The position numbers were made by a program, and so were the translations under genes. A stretch of 63,602 nucleotides of DNA, the filler included, from Craspedostauros australis (Eukaryota): NCBI GenBank assembly GCA_030167865.1. It is 10 parts of 10 records of this genome, joined end to end, with 100 filler letters (N's around TTAATTAATTAA, not from the genome) between each part and the next. Parts side by side here need not be neighbours in the genome. Positions count along the whole stretch, not along the records: positions 7,634 to 13,706 come from JALAGF010005709.1; positions 13,807 to 15,588 come from JALAGF010005710.1; positions 15,689 to 25,841 come from JALAGF010005711.1; 7 more parts are not named here. The stretch is one strand, 5' to 3'. Each line of letters starts with the position of its first letter. Position 1 is the stretch's first letter. Below are positions 13,001 through 24,734 of the stretch, in pieces. The notes below the pieces were generated by a model. That model did not search any database, was not told the DNA's origin, and saw nothing but the letters and a program-made list of their open reading frames with translations.

Positions 13001-13706
13001 TGGTTGTTGGAGTTGCACCATTCACCACTGCTGAGAATGGCGTCGATAATGTGGTAGGTTGATGTGCTCGTAAAGGCAAACCGCCTCTGCATGAACCAGA
13101 GGTGATCACCCTGCTCGCACGTCAGCCCGTCGACGTGAAGATCCCATACCTTTCCTGCCCAGCGTTCCTGAACCATTTCTGCTGTGGTGGCAGCGCAACT
13201 CAGGGGATTGTTCTGAGGCAGGGAGGCCGCGGCCGCCACTGTTGATGACAGCTTCAGGTTGATCAAGGCACCTTGGAAGTAGTGAGGGTACAGCGGAGAT
13301 CTTGGATTGTCTCCATCCTTCTTGGCTACCATGTCTTGGTACATGCGCAGATCCCGTTGATGGAGGAGGTTGAGGTCCCATTGGAACCGCGGAGCCTTTG
13401 TGGACAAGGCTAGAACATTTTTCTTGTTGTGACGGTAGGAGTAGCAGGTAAGTTGTTTCTTACTGATGCTGTTGGTTACTGCAATTTGCAGGTGCCGTGG
13501 TCCATTGTTGCTGACGTCAATCTGCTCGTGCCCAAATGACACACCGTCGAAAGTGAATGGAAGATATCCACAGCGCTTGTGTGTGCCCTCGAGGTCGGCA
13601 TCCTTTTCCATCAAGATTGCAGTCATATCTTCACTGTTGTACCCACGATCGGCCATGAGTGTGATATGACGGAGCAGTCCATTGGTCTGCGCAACCTGTG
13701 GCAAGA
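10050..13706 (-). mobile_element. piggyBac-like DNA transposon (3' part), terminus CCACGGTG after ATAT
   Basis: Sharp junction with family A at ATAT|CC. The subterminal palindrome TGCGTC-AG-GACGCA occurs twice (10086-10099, 10123-10140). Encodes the transposase below. Confidence 0.7.
10491..13704 (-). CDS. piggyBac-like DDD transposase with embedded YqaJ/lambda-exonuclease-like domain and C-terminal Cys-rich domain (intron 11849-11978; 5'-truncated)
   Basis: Motif order: ADRGY..GTHKR; Q...W...R...TSTS; GHANE; ASVD; EMK; QLLH; WNGFKGGSD; CVVC..T...CMEC...AC. A GTACGT...TAG intron joins the two ORFs in frame (VVIG|GSTAEIL). Confidence 0.75.
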
Positions 13707-13893
13707 NNNNNNNNNNNNNNNNNNNNNNNNNNNNNNNNNNNNNNNNNNNNTTAATTAATTAANNNNNNNNNNNNNNNNNNNNNNNNNNNNNNNNNNNNNN
13801 NNNNNNTCTTGGCTTGATCACCCTGGCGGCGTAGTAAGTGCAGTGTTTGGTGCTCCCCTCTTGTCCTGTGTGTAATTGCTGATTATCAGTACC

Positions 13894-15164
13894 ATGGACC
13901 GACCAACCTTCATCGAGATACCTGAGGGACTGCATGAACTGGGCTTTGTCACCAAGCAAGACAGAACGGACAATGTCTTCATGCTCCTCAAGTCGATGTA
14001 TGGCAACGTCGACGCAGCCATCAAGTGGTTCAAGACCTACCATGACATGATGGTCAACGCCGGACTCACCCAATCCAAGGCGGACCCATGCGTTTTCTAC
14101 AAGCGGGTCAATGGCGAGACAACACTCATCGTCATGTGCTTTGTGGATGACACCATGCTGATCGGTGAACAATCCGAGGTCAACTGGTTCAAGGCAGAAG
14201 TCGGAAAGCATTTCCAATTCACCGACGAAGGGAAGCTCAAGAAGCATCTCGGAATCATGTACGAGTTCCATCGTGACGAGAATGGACAGGAGTACATCGA
14301 GGCAAGAATGAATCACCTTGTGCAGAAGATCACCTCAACATTCGAGAGACACAGCGGTAGACCAGCAAAGAAGTACAACACACCAGGTACACCAGGAGTC
14401 ACCATGATGGAACATGAAGGGGAACCCATCCATCACCACATGTACCGGAAGATTGTGGGACAGATCATGTATCTTGTGACAAAGCTACTACCAGAAGGAG
14501 CAAACGCAGCTCGAGAGCTCACCAAACACTTCTCGAACCCAGGAGAGCAACAATGGAAGGAACTGGAGCGCTTCGTTGGGTATCTTCTNNNNNNNNNNNN
14601 NNNNNNNNNNNNNNNNNNNNNNNNNNNNAAGGAACTACGGGTGTTATCCATGGTGGACAGCAACTACGCCACAGACAAGGATACACGCCGAAGTGTCAGC
14701 GGAGGAATCCACACCATTGGAGGCAGCATCGTCAGCTGGATCTCCAAAACGCAACAAGCAACCACTCTGTCAAGCACCGAAGCAGAGTATGTCTCTCTCA
14801 GCATTGGAGCACAGGAAGTCAAGTTCATCCAAATGCTCATGGAGGAGATACTTCACATCACAACACCTGGCATCATACTTGAGGATAACACGGGGGCGAT
14901 TTACCTTGTGAAGAATCAGCAAGTCAGCCAGAGGACGAAACACATCGACGTTNNNNNNNNNNNNNNNNNNNNNNNNNNNNNNNNNNNNNNNNNNNNNNNN
15001 NNCGGGACGTCCAAACACCGATCCTGCCATGGTTTGAACGTGTTTGGGATCTAAACACCATGTTTGCCGCCGATCTCAACGGTGTCACAGAAGACGCTAA
15101 ATATCTTACCACGGAGCATCGCGAGAAAATCTTTTGGCTGGCCGGCGCGATGACCCAACTTTAA
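13894..15164 (+). CDS. pol: Ty1/copia reverse transcriptase-RNase H fragment
   Basis: LLKSMYG, SKADPCVF, FVDD, YRKIVG, DSNYA.D...RRSVSG, LSSTEAEY, EDNTGAI, RTKHID. A purine tract lies at about 15185-15200. Confidence 0.93.
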
Positions 15165-15688
15165 CCTCTTATAACTTATAAACTAAAGGAGATAGGGGGG
15201 GTCTTGAGGGTTATGTAGGGTCCTCACATATAGGGCTATCGATGTGTGAAGTTTAAGCGGCAGCAATATGGAATCATCGGGGAATATCCATCGATCCTGT
15301 TGAACCCGGGTCTTATTCAATGTCGAGATTTGGCATGACGTCACCGACCAGACTAAGGCGGGACTCGAATCGAGAATGAAAACTCACGGAGGTCAGATGA
15401 ATCGTGTGTCTGTACCACGACCGAAACTGTGACCGGATGTAGTGGTCTCAATACTTTACCCCAGTGTGCAGAATGCAAGATTGAACATGACACTTGCAAA
15501 CACTTTGACATTGGAGGACTCCCCATGTGTGTCCTTATGTGTTCAGATTCGGAACATCAACATTGCAATCTGTGAGCAAGATGGAATCNNNNNNNNNNNN
15601 NNNNNNNNNNNNNNNNNNNNNNNNNNNNNNNNTTAATTAATTAANNNNNNNNNNNNNNNNNNNNNNNNNNNNNNNNNNNNNNNNNNNN

Positions 15689-15939
15689 GTACTCGATACG
15701 TGCTCCGTATTTGATACGTATTCAGTTGTCTCATCCTCTACTGGCCTACTACTTTGTGTGCAGTTTCCAACATCTCATCCGAACTCCTCCTTGCATATCC
15801 ACGATCTCAATGTCCCTTGGTCATCAAATCTTCGCCTTCTCGATCTGATGTGGAGACAGATGTCGACATGGTGACATGATGACATCTTGTCAACGTCAGC
15901 TGTCACCTTCCACAGTCCTTCTGATTCCATGTTCCATCA
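15689..15939 (+). mobile_element. Diverged distal part of LTR-like family B
   Basis: Similar to 40725-40857 and to the reverse complement of 7634-7850. Confidence 0.55.
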
Positions 15940-17134
15940 ATGATGCGATGGTCTGGTGAGGATATTGTCATTTGAGGTTTAGTTGGGAAATACATTGAGC
16001 TTCACTTGATGCCATGCATTTCCTTTGATGGATGGACGGACGATGTTCCTGATACTCTCAGAAATCGTTGATTGCAAATTTCCTCCAGAAATTCTGCTCG
16101 TTTTCATGTGTTTGATTTGGTGATGTGATTTCGTTCAATCACAGTTCACTCATGACACGAATGTAGTTGTACCATCCGTAGATGAGCATAAGAGAATGGG
16201 TGAGTGATGTGCATACACATTTGCACATTCCTACAGTCGTGGATGATTTTTCCACTTGCTTGCGCCATTGCACAGAGAGTGAGTGATGCATACAACCATG
16301 CACACAAAACCCCAACAAACAAGTACATGGAAGGCTCTCATTCAAAGCTACACACTGAGGAATTGGTAAGGTGCATCACAGAGACGTTGACAACAACAAG
16401 TCAAAACGAAACGAGCAAGTTCCAGTGTGCAACACACAGCATACACAACTTTGATGCATACAAGAGCGTTGGGTGAACGCAACTAGAATGTGGCGAACCC
16501 TGTAAGATCGAGCACCTTGATAGTGGCGGTAAGCAGTCGTGTATTCTATTGCAGTGCAGATAATAATGCTGTGTTTGCGATCATGATGCGCAGCAGGGTA
16601 CTCCAAAAAAGATGACTCATGCACGCGACGAGCCAGCCTGTAGCATGCGCACGAAGCTCGTATTTGCCCACATGATCGCCGCGAACAGAAAGGAGACAAA
16701 ATGAACGAATACCTGATACTGGGATGGAGGTGTCTCATTGAGCAACTCAGAGAAATGACGTCACATGTTGATGTGGTGTTGCGACACACCCACAAAGACA
16801 AAAAAGAGTCTGTTGATGACGTGGTTGCGAGCGTGCAGCACTCGGGAAGGGAGTTTTGGGAATAACAGGAAAAGGGTTTACCGCAGCTTTCAACTTAACC
16901 CTTTACCGTTAATGACAGTCCCAACTCATGTCCCACAGCACACTCGTCCGAGCGGAGTAGTACGTGGTTTGGCTCGATAGACGACGTCACGTTTGACAAA
17001 GCTCCAACACTTGGCTCGACACGACAGAATTTTCGTGTTCGGCGCGTTCGTGGCCAGCGCTCTTTCTTTCGTATCGACGGACAGGCGCGAACAGGTTATG
17101 ACCCACTTGAGTGACGGGACCTGCAGTCGGTCCT

Positions 17135-18033
17135 GGGGCTTCCGGTAAAACGGACTATCGGACGAACGAACAGCATCACGATTTGGTTAACGGACAATGT
17201 TAGTCGTGAATGCGAAATTATTAGTCCTGGTTGGAATGTCGTACTTGGCATTTATGGTTGTATCAATCCGTGATTGAATTGTCTCTAGCCTGCAGTGAAA
17301 AAAAGATGCCCTATTTAGGGCACGTTTTGAAAAGGTGCCCTATTTAAGGCACGTTTTGAAAAGATGCCCTATTTAAGGCACGTTTTGAAAAAGTGCCCTA
17401 ATTTAGGGCACGTTTTGTTTCACAATAGCCCAGCCAAGATTGGACACATTCCACAAAACCATCAACGGGGAACGATGTGGACATCACTGAATGACGAATC
17501 AGAACACTAATACTTATCGTCATCTTGGCGTGACATGACTTTGATAATCCTCTGTCGTCGCCTTGTTGCGCGGGATTTGCTCTTGCTCTTTCTGTCGTCC
17601 AATCGGCTGCGAACAGCGACGTGTGGATGAGGGAGAAAAGGTGCCCTATTTAGGGCACGTTTTGAAAAGATGCCCTATTTAGGGCACGTTTTGAAAAGGT
17701 GCCCTATATAAGGCACGTTTTGAAAAGATGCCCTATATAAGGCACGTTTTGAAANNNNNNNNNNNNNNNNNNNNNNNNNNNNNNNNNNNNNNNNNNNNNN
17801 NNNNTATATAAGGCACGTTTTGAAAAGGTGCCCTAATTTAGGGCATGGTTTGAGAACGTGCCCTATTTTAGGGCATCTTTTGACATCGTACAGATACGAG
17901 TCGCGAGTGGCGACGACAATGTCTGAAGGACATGGCAACCAAGACTAATAAAATCTCGTTCACGACTAACATTGTTCGTAAGTCCGTTAAAATTCACCCG
18001 GACCACCATGTCCGGCAGTTTACCGGAAGCCCC
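17135..18033. mobile_element. Non-autonomous inverted-repeat element containing 29-bp palindromic tandem arrays
   Basis: Imperfect arms of about 100 bp (GGGGCTTCCGGTAAA...CAATGTTAGTCGTGAA..TTATTAGTC.TGGTTG, versus the reverse complement at 17936-18033). Arrays of GAAAAGGTGCCCTATTTAGGGCACGTTTT at 17300-17418 and 17635-17882. Confidence 0.6.
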
Positions 18034-18299
18034 TGGGACACCCCGCAAAACATGGCCAGAGCGGTCCATTCGACCAATCGGACTAAATAAAGCACTAAAT
18101 CCAAATTCCATCCTAATTCACGGAACTTCGCGTGCAAAGCGTTCCAAACTCTTCTTTCACGTTCCAACAATGTCCTCTAGTCGTATTTCGTTCTTCTACT
18201 TAACGCCACCCCGTTGAAATTCTCCGAAAATGACCTACTCTGTTTCAACGCAGTGTCAGTCACGATGAGTCGTGTGAAACTTGCTGTGCGACTTTTTTT

Positions 18300-18401
18300 G
18301 CATCATGCGAAATATATTGACCTCAGCTGCTTCACAATTGCATCATGCGACTTATTTTGACCTCAGCTGCTTCACAATTGCATCATGCGGCTATTTTGAC
18401 C
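18300..18401. repeat. 40-bp tandem repeat x2.5
   Basis: GCATCATGCG...TTGACCTCAGCTGCTTCACAATT units start at 18300, 18340 and 18380. Confidence 0.8.
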
Positions 18402-18916
18402 TTAAACGTTAATAACACGTTAAATACAATGTCTTGGCGGGACTCGCAATTACATACTACGACAGAACAGTAACCTTGATGCAACCGTCACATGGCCGGC
18501 ATGCTCGCGTTTTTTTTTCGGAGTTGTTCTGGACGCGCACGGTGAAACTGCGCGCACTTTGTCCTCCCGGGTGACTGCAGGACGGTCGGCGAGGTCCGTG
18601 TTGGGCTGGTCCGAGCTCGTCGTGTGTTGAGTCCCGTTGCGTGTTTGCTGCTGAGACCCGTTTTGCTTGGTGGCAAAATTGATCGTGGCGGGCTGTGTGC
18701 ACATCATTCACAACTCTGTGTGCTCGCTGCTCGCACCAGGGACACCCGGCAAAATGGGTCGAATTAGTCTATCTTGGAGGCTACTGATCCAGCCAATCAA
18801 AACTCGTGGTTTTTGCGATGACAAAAGATCCCGCAAGAGGAATGTTCTCGAATCAAATTTTCGTTCTCAGGAACTCTTTGAAGGTCATAGCTTCCAGTTT
18901 TATTTATGGGTATATC

Positions 18917-19709
18917 TGTTGGAAATCCGGGGTGGTGTTAGTAGTAGAAGACTAATCGATATTAGAATCTACTCTTTCGAACTGTGAGCTCTTCATTGCT
19001 CTTTCATCTTGATGATCGATCTCCTGCTGCAATCCTCGTGGTTGCATCTGCTTATCTCCCATGCATTCATCTTGCAAGGTTGCCCATCTCGTGAATTCAC
19101 CCTGTCTTTCCTCTGATAGATTCATCATCGTAGACATGGTTGATTCACAGGCATCACCGATTCGATTCACTCGGTCGGATCGTCATCTTCGTGTTTTTCA
19201 CAAAACACAAGAGACACAACTGTTCTCACGGTTGAACCGTTGTTCTCACGATTTCTCACACGATGTCTCGTGTTGAGGCAGACATCCCTTATCACTTTCC
19301 TTTTGCTGGTTCGTTACCAGCTTCATCCATTATCACCGGAGGGTTCTCTCACGATCCTTTTTGTACTTTGTGGTAATGGAATATTCCCACTCCTCGGTTC
19401 TTTGTTTGTCATTACTTGAGGGCTGTATTCGCTTGTACCTGATGATGGTCACGAATGCATCATTGCAGCCCCGTGTGACATGCAACCGTGTATTGGATGA
19501 TTGCATTACCCTTCACAGTCATCATCATCCGATCCACACTTGTCAATCACCATTTGTCTCATGGTACCATTCGCCCTGTCATGTACCTCACATTTTGGTG
19601 TTCATAATGTCACAGTGGGAGGTGCGGTAATACGGTGTTTCATGGTACTTGTCTTCTCACTCTTGGGAGGTGCGGCAATTATGCGTTTCATAACACCCGA
19701 TTCCTGACA
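18917..19709 (+). mobile_element. Family A element, complete (793 bp), 6-bp TSD TATATC
   Basis: TGTTGGAAATCCGGGG...CCCGATTCCTGACA, with TATATC at 18911-18916 and 19710-19715. Confidence 0.92.
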
Positions 19710-19790
19710 TATATCATGGAGAAACTCCGAAAATGACTCTGCAACACTGTCTTGATTTAATCCCGACCAGTCGTGCGAAAACCGAACCCT

Positions 19791-19977
19791 TGATTTAAAT
19801 AGCCGTCATTCGATTTAAATATCCGTCATTCGATTTATTTATCCGTCTCTCGATTTATTTATCTGTCATTCGATTTATTTAGAATTAGAAACTGTTTGTC
19901 ATCGGTATAGACGGGACTCGATCAATTAGACCAGCGGCATCAATGCCTCGTTTTGTTTCTCCGAAATAGGTCCAACA
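19791..19977 (+). repeat. 20-bp tandem array (ATCCGTCATTCGATTTATTT) plus conserved flank; second copy at about 61245-61431
   Basis: Array and about 100 bp of downstream sequence are shared between two scaffolds. Confidence 0.8.
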
Positions 19978-20392
19978 GGGTTTCGCACTAAGTTCTTCGA
20001 AAGGAGATTCGTTCTTCGCCAATAGAGAGTTATCGCACTCAGCTCGCTCGACCCCCTGTGTCATGTCGCAGTTCACATTGACTCTCGAGTAGAGAAACTG
20101 CACAGGACTGATTCGTGACAGAATCCTGCTTGGATTAGGTCGAGCGATTTTGAGTCTGCGCCACGACTGAGGTACTAATTTAGACGTGTTCGTCGACTCC
20201 TCCCGAAGAACACCACAATTGGTGACATCAACGTTGACACATCACCTCCCTCCGATTTGTTGTTGCTGCATGGCAGTTGTCCTCCCTGCTATACTTGGAA
20301 CAATGTTTCCTGCGAGATGCATTTTTCGACGTTCGCCACACCATTGCATGAATACTTGTTCTTGCCCACTGGCCATTCTCAGAATCACCCCC

Positions 20393-21607
20393 ATGGTGCT
20401 ACGGACTTGGAACGCTCTCCCCGAGAGGCAGGCTTTGGAGGAAGCCAATCGTTGGTTTGTGGAGGCTGTCACCGAGCTTTCGCAGATTGATTGGCAGGGT
20501 CTAGACTACTCTGGTGTTGTTCTTCTTCTGCAGCACTACAGTAGCATCATCGCATTAGGCCGCCACGTGCTGGAGATGCAGCAGCTCTATCTCGGTCCGT
20601 TAGGTCCTCCTCCTCTGTACACCAATCGCAACATTGCCATCGCAGAATTGGAGGACAACGAAGCTGTTCCTCACTTCCGCTTCCGAGTGTGCTACCTCCA
20701 ACGCTTGGCCGACCGTCTCTGGCCGAAGTTCCAGGCAGTGTCTGGTGAGAATGATCGTGCTTACATTCAAGTGAAGAACAGATACACCGTATCATACGAA
20801 ATGGGATTGCTTCTGATGCTGTACCGTCTTGCACATCGTGGACGATTGTGTGACATGGAGGATAGATTCAGTATGGACAGCAACCGCATATCCAACATTC
20901 TCTATACTTTTTACGCTTACTTCTACGCAATCGCCAAGCCATACCTGAGCAACATCGGTTTGTTTCATCCTCGTTTTCCGGATTATGCAAAGAACAACCA
21001 TCGTCTCACCCACGGCTTGGTAGATGATGTGTTTGGTTACGTCGATGGTACTTTCTGGGAAACGTGTCGTCCCAAGGAGAATCAAAAGGACCTATACTCC
21101 GGCTACAAACGCGGGCATGGCTTGCACTATCAGGGCATCGTCGCGCCAGATGGCTTGTTCATCCACTACTTTGGGCCAATTGTGGGTGCTCGCGGTGATG
21201 GATACATGTTCTCTCAAAGCCACGTTGAGGAGGACCTGGAAGTATTGATGCCCATGGACGAGAACAATCTGCCTCTCCGGCTATACGGCGACGCTGCATA
21301 TCCCAATACGCCGTATATTTTCAGTGCATTCAAACACACCGTCCCAGGATCATCAGAGGCGCAGTGCAACAAGGACATGGCATCGGGACGCATCTGTGTC
21401 GAGTGGGCGTTCAAGGAGATTACCAAGAATTTCCCATTGGTGACTGTCCGCAACGCCAACAAGACTCTCCTGAATCCTCTCACCAGCATCCACTACATCG
21501 TCAACTTTCTCACCAACATCCATTGCACCATGAATGGAAATCAGCAATCCGCAAGATACCATTCTCACAAGCTCACATTTGAAGAGTATATCAATCTCAT
21601 CCCCTAA
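20393..21607 (+). CDS. PIF/Harbinger DDE transposase (HARBI1-like)
   Basis: FRF, LYRLA, GYVDGT, YSGYKRGHGL.YQ, PDGL, G...D, YGDAAY, R..VEWAF motifs. ORF is intact. Confidence 0.92.
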   Translation: MVLRTWNALPERQALEEANRWFVEAVTELSQIDWQGLDYSGVVLLLQHYSSIIALGRHVLEMQQLYLGPLGPPPLYTNRNIAIAELEDNEAVPHFRFRVCYLQRLADRLWPKFQAVSGENDRAYIQVKNRYTVSYEMGLLLMLYRLAHRGRLCDMEDRFSMDSNRISNILYTFYAYFYAIAKPYLSNIGLFHPRFPDYAKNNHRLTHGLVDDVFGYVDGTFWETCRPKENQKDLYSGYKRGHGLHYQGIVAPDGLFIHYFGPIVGARGDGYMFSQSHVEEDLEVLMPMDENNLPLRLYGDAAYPNTPYIFSAFKHTVPGSSEAQCNKDMASGRICVEWAFKEITKNFPLVTVRNANKTLLNPLTSIHYIVNFLTNIHCTMNGNQQSARYHSHKLTFEEYINLIP

Positions 21608-21769
21608 GTGCACAGAGAGGTCGACGGAGGCGGTTTAGTTACATAAAATATGAATTAGATATTGCACTATGCATGTACTATTTCCATGCCTACATGTGCA
21701 GTTGTGTGCGTTGTCGTGGAATGGGTTCGCCGGCGCCCAAGATTTTGCGCACGGATTCTCCTTGCAACG

Positions 21770-23060
21770 GATGGACGAGTGCATGGACGGATGGATGCAT
21801 GAATGGATGGATGATTGGATCAATGAATGGATGGATCAGTCGATCAATGAATGGATCGATGAATGGATAAATGGATGGGTTGATGAATGGATGGGTCGAT
21901 GAATGAATGGATGGATCAATCGATGAATGGATGGATCAATCGACGAATGGATGGATCAATCGACGAATGGATGGATCAATCGATGAATGGATCGATCGAT
22001 CGATGAATGGATGGATGGGGGGATCGGTGAATGAATGGATCGATGAATGGATGGGTCGATCGATGAATGAATGGATCGATCGATGAATGAATGGATCGAT
22101 GAATGGATGGGTCGATCGACGAATGGATGGATCAATCGACGAATGGATCGATCAATCGAGGAATGGATCGATCAATCGATGAATGGATGGGGCGATCGGT
22201 GAATGAATGGATCGATGAATGGATGGGTCGATCGATGAATGAATGGATCGATGAATGGATGGGTCGATCGACGAATGGATCGATCAATCGACGAATGGAT
22301 CGATCAATCGACGAATGGATCGATCAATCGATGAATGGATGGGTCGATGAATGGATGGATCGATGGATCGATGAATGGATGGGTCGATCGATGAATGAAT
22401 GGATCGATGAATGGATGGATCGATCGACGAATGGATGGGTCGATCGATGAATGAATGGGTCGATCGATGCATGGATCGATGAATGGATGAATGAATGGAT
22501 CGATGAATGAATCGATCGATGAATGGATGGATCGATGAATGGATGGATCGATGAATGGATGGATCGATGAATGGATGGATCGATGAATGGATGGATCGAT
22601 GAATGGATGGGGCGATCGGTGAATGAATGGATCGATGAATGGATGGGGCGATCGGTGAATGAATGGATCGATGAATGGATGGGTCGATCGATGAATGGAT
22701 GGGTCGATGAATGAATGGATCGATGAATGGATCGATTGAGGAATGGTTCGATCGATTGAGGAATGGTTCGATCGATGAATGGATGGTTCGATCGATGAAT
22801 GGATGGGTCGATGAATGGATGGATCGATCGAGGAATGGATCGATGGATCGATCGATGAATGGATCGACGGATCAATGAATGGATGGATCGACGGATCGAT
22901 GAATGGATGGATCGACGAATGGATGGATGGATGGATCGACGAATGGATGGATGCATGGAGGGGCAATCGCACAGATGGATGCGTGAATGTATGGATGGAT
23001 GGAATGATGGATGCATGAATGGATTGATGAATCAATGGATCGATGCATGGATCAATGGAT
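21770..23060. repeat. About 1.3-kb mixed tetranucleotide satellite (GAAT/GGAT/CGAT/CAAT)
   Basis: Direct inspection. Lies between the convergent Harbinger ORFs. Confidence 0.9.
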
Positions 23061-23138
23061 GCATGGTGGCATGCACGGCGGTGTTGAGAACAGCGAAACG
23101 AAATGTGCAGTCATTGGCAATGAATGAAGGGGTGAGTG

Positions 23139-23484
23139 TCAGTTTGTTTTGTTGCTACTGCTACTGCCATCACCATCGCGATTTCCATTTCTGCTTCCGT
23201 TGCCACTGCCACTTCCGTCGCCGTCACTGCCACGGTGGCTGTTGCTGTTGCTGTTACTGTTGATGTTGCTGCTGCCATTGCCGTTGCCACTGCCGTTGCC
23301 ATTGGTGATGCGGTAGTTTTGGGACATGAGGTCCACGAGTGACCTAATATCCGACGAGAGCCTCTCTTGCCCGTACCGCAACTGTGAAGTCTCTCCCTGA
23401 AGGCGCTCGCGATCCTCATCCTGGTGGCGGCTCAAATCGTGCATCATCTGTTGCTGATTCACGATGAGCTGGATTAATTGGTCG

Positions 23485-23516
<32 letters not shown>

Positions 23517-24734
23517 GGTGGTGGTGGTGGTGCTTGTGGCGGTGCCAATGCTGCTGGTGGTATTGCTGTTGATGTTGCTGCTGTTGTGGATAGGCGCCCT
23601 TGACCCTGCAGCTGGTGCTGCAAAGGAAGGAGCAGGACAGATTGCCATGATTGGATTTGATCCGGCTTGGCCAGGACCCAGAGGCATTGCTGCATGCAGC
23701 CAATCTGCAAGCTTGTTTTGTGTGTTGTCGAGCCTGTCGAGGAGGCTGGACGTTTCCTGCATTTTTTGTTCCGTGCTCATGCGTGGCTTCTTCGCAGGCT
23801 TCGTTTCGGTTGAGGAGTCGCAAGCAGATGCCACATTGTGTTCACTTCCCGCTGCCTTCCTCTTGCGCGCGGTTTCGGCGGCCTCTTGCTTCAATTCAGC
23901 AGGGCGCTTTGCGATCATGGTGGACCTTTGCCTGCTGGTCAGCCTCTTGCGACATTTGGTTCTTCGGTCCGAGGCGGCGCAATCCTCAAGATAGTCCTTC
24001 CGCTCCTGCATGAGGCAGGTGAGCTCATCCAGCCACTGCTTCACATTCTCTTCCATGCCACTGCGGCCAGGGGTGGTGTTCAAGAACTGCTCAGTGAATT
24101 TCATGAGGTTGGTGAAGCGGTTGGTCAACGAGGACTCCTTTGGCTTGTCAGGAAACACCGAGGGGTTCTCCTCATGGACTGTATTGCGGATGATTGACCA
24201 TGCAATGCCGATGGGTGGTATCCATGGCTTATTGGGAAGCCTGGCCACCACATCGATGAGGATTCTGTCACATGGTTGCGGTGCATCCAGCCAAGGGAAG
24301 TAGTCGACCTTGCCCTTCAGGTCATAGTACATGGGAGGGAAACGCATTTTGGTCTTGGCGACAGTGGCAGTGGGAGTGAGCCATGGCATGGACTGATTGC
24401 CATTGCTCATGATCATCGCAGTTTCGAAGGTCGAGGTACGAGGAGCTGGCGGGTTGTTGCGATGGTGTGCCCTCTCGTTGCTGTTCCGCTCTTGAGGTGT
24501 TGTTGTTGTAGAGAGTGCGTCGTTGGTGAGAGCCGTAGTGCGGGAAGAGTCGTCGTCACGCTCCGCAGAGGCGACGCCTGTGTCATGTGGCGGTTTCGCG
24601 TCATTGCCATCAGAAGGAGGTTGAAGGACGAAGGTGGACAGCGAAGGAGGCTGCACTGCACTCCCAGCAGGACGGTTGCTGCTGTCGTCAAGGCGGAGGG
24701 TGGAGGGATCCTGGCAAGGATGGGATGGATCCAT
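23139..24734 (-). CDS. Probable Harbinger accessory (Myb/SANT-like DNA-binding) protein
   Basis: W.....DRILIDVV....PW......AW..I....SL.NRF..LM...RSG.EE, followed by a coiled-coil and a low-complexity tail. Convergent with the transposase, as in two-ORF Harbingers. Confidence 0.65.

Noticed and set aside
10050..13706. Fanzor/TnpB or other RNA-guided nuclease in the transposons
   Set aside because: No RuvC motifs (D.G, E.L, RD.N) were recognised in any ORF; the extra nuclease here is PD-(D/E)xK type.
17300..17882. 29-bp palindromic repeats as a CRISPR array
   Set aside because: Units are directly abutting, with no unique spacers and no cas genes; eukaryotic context.
22103..23035. ORFs rich in WMD/SIHR repeats
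   Set aside because: Artefacts of the stop-poor tetranucleotide satellite.
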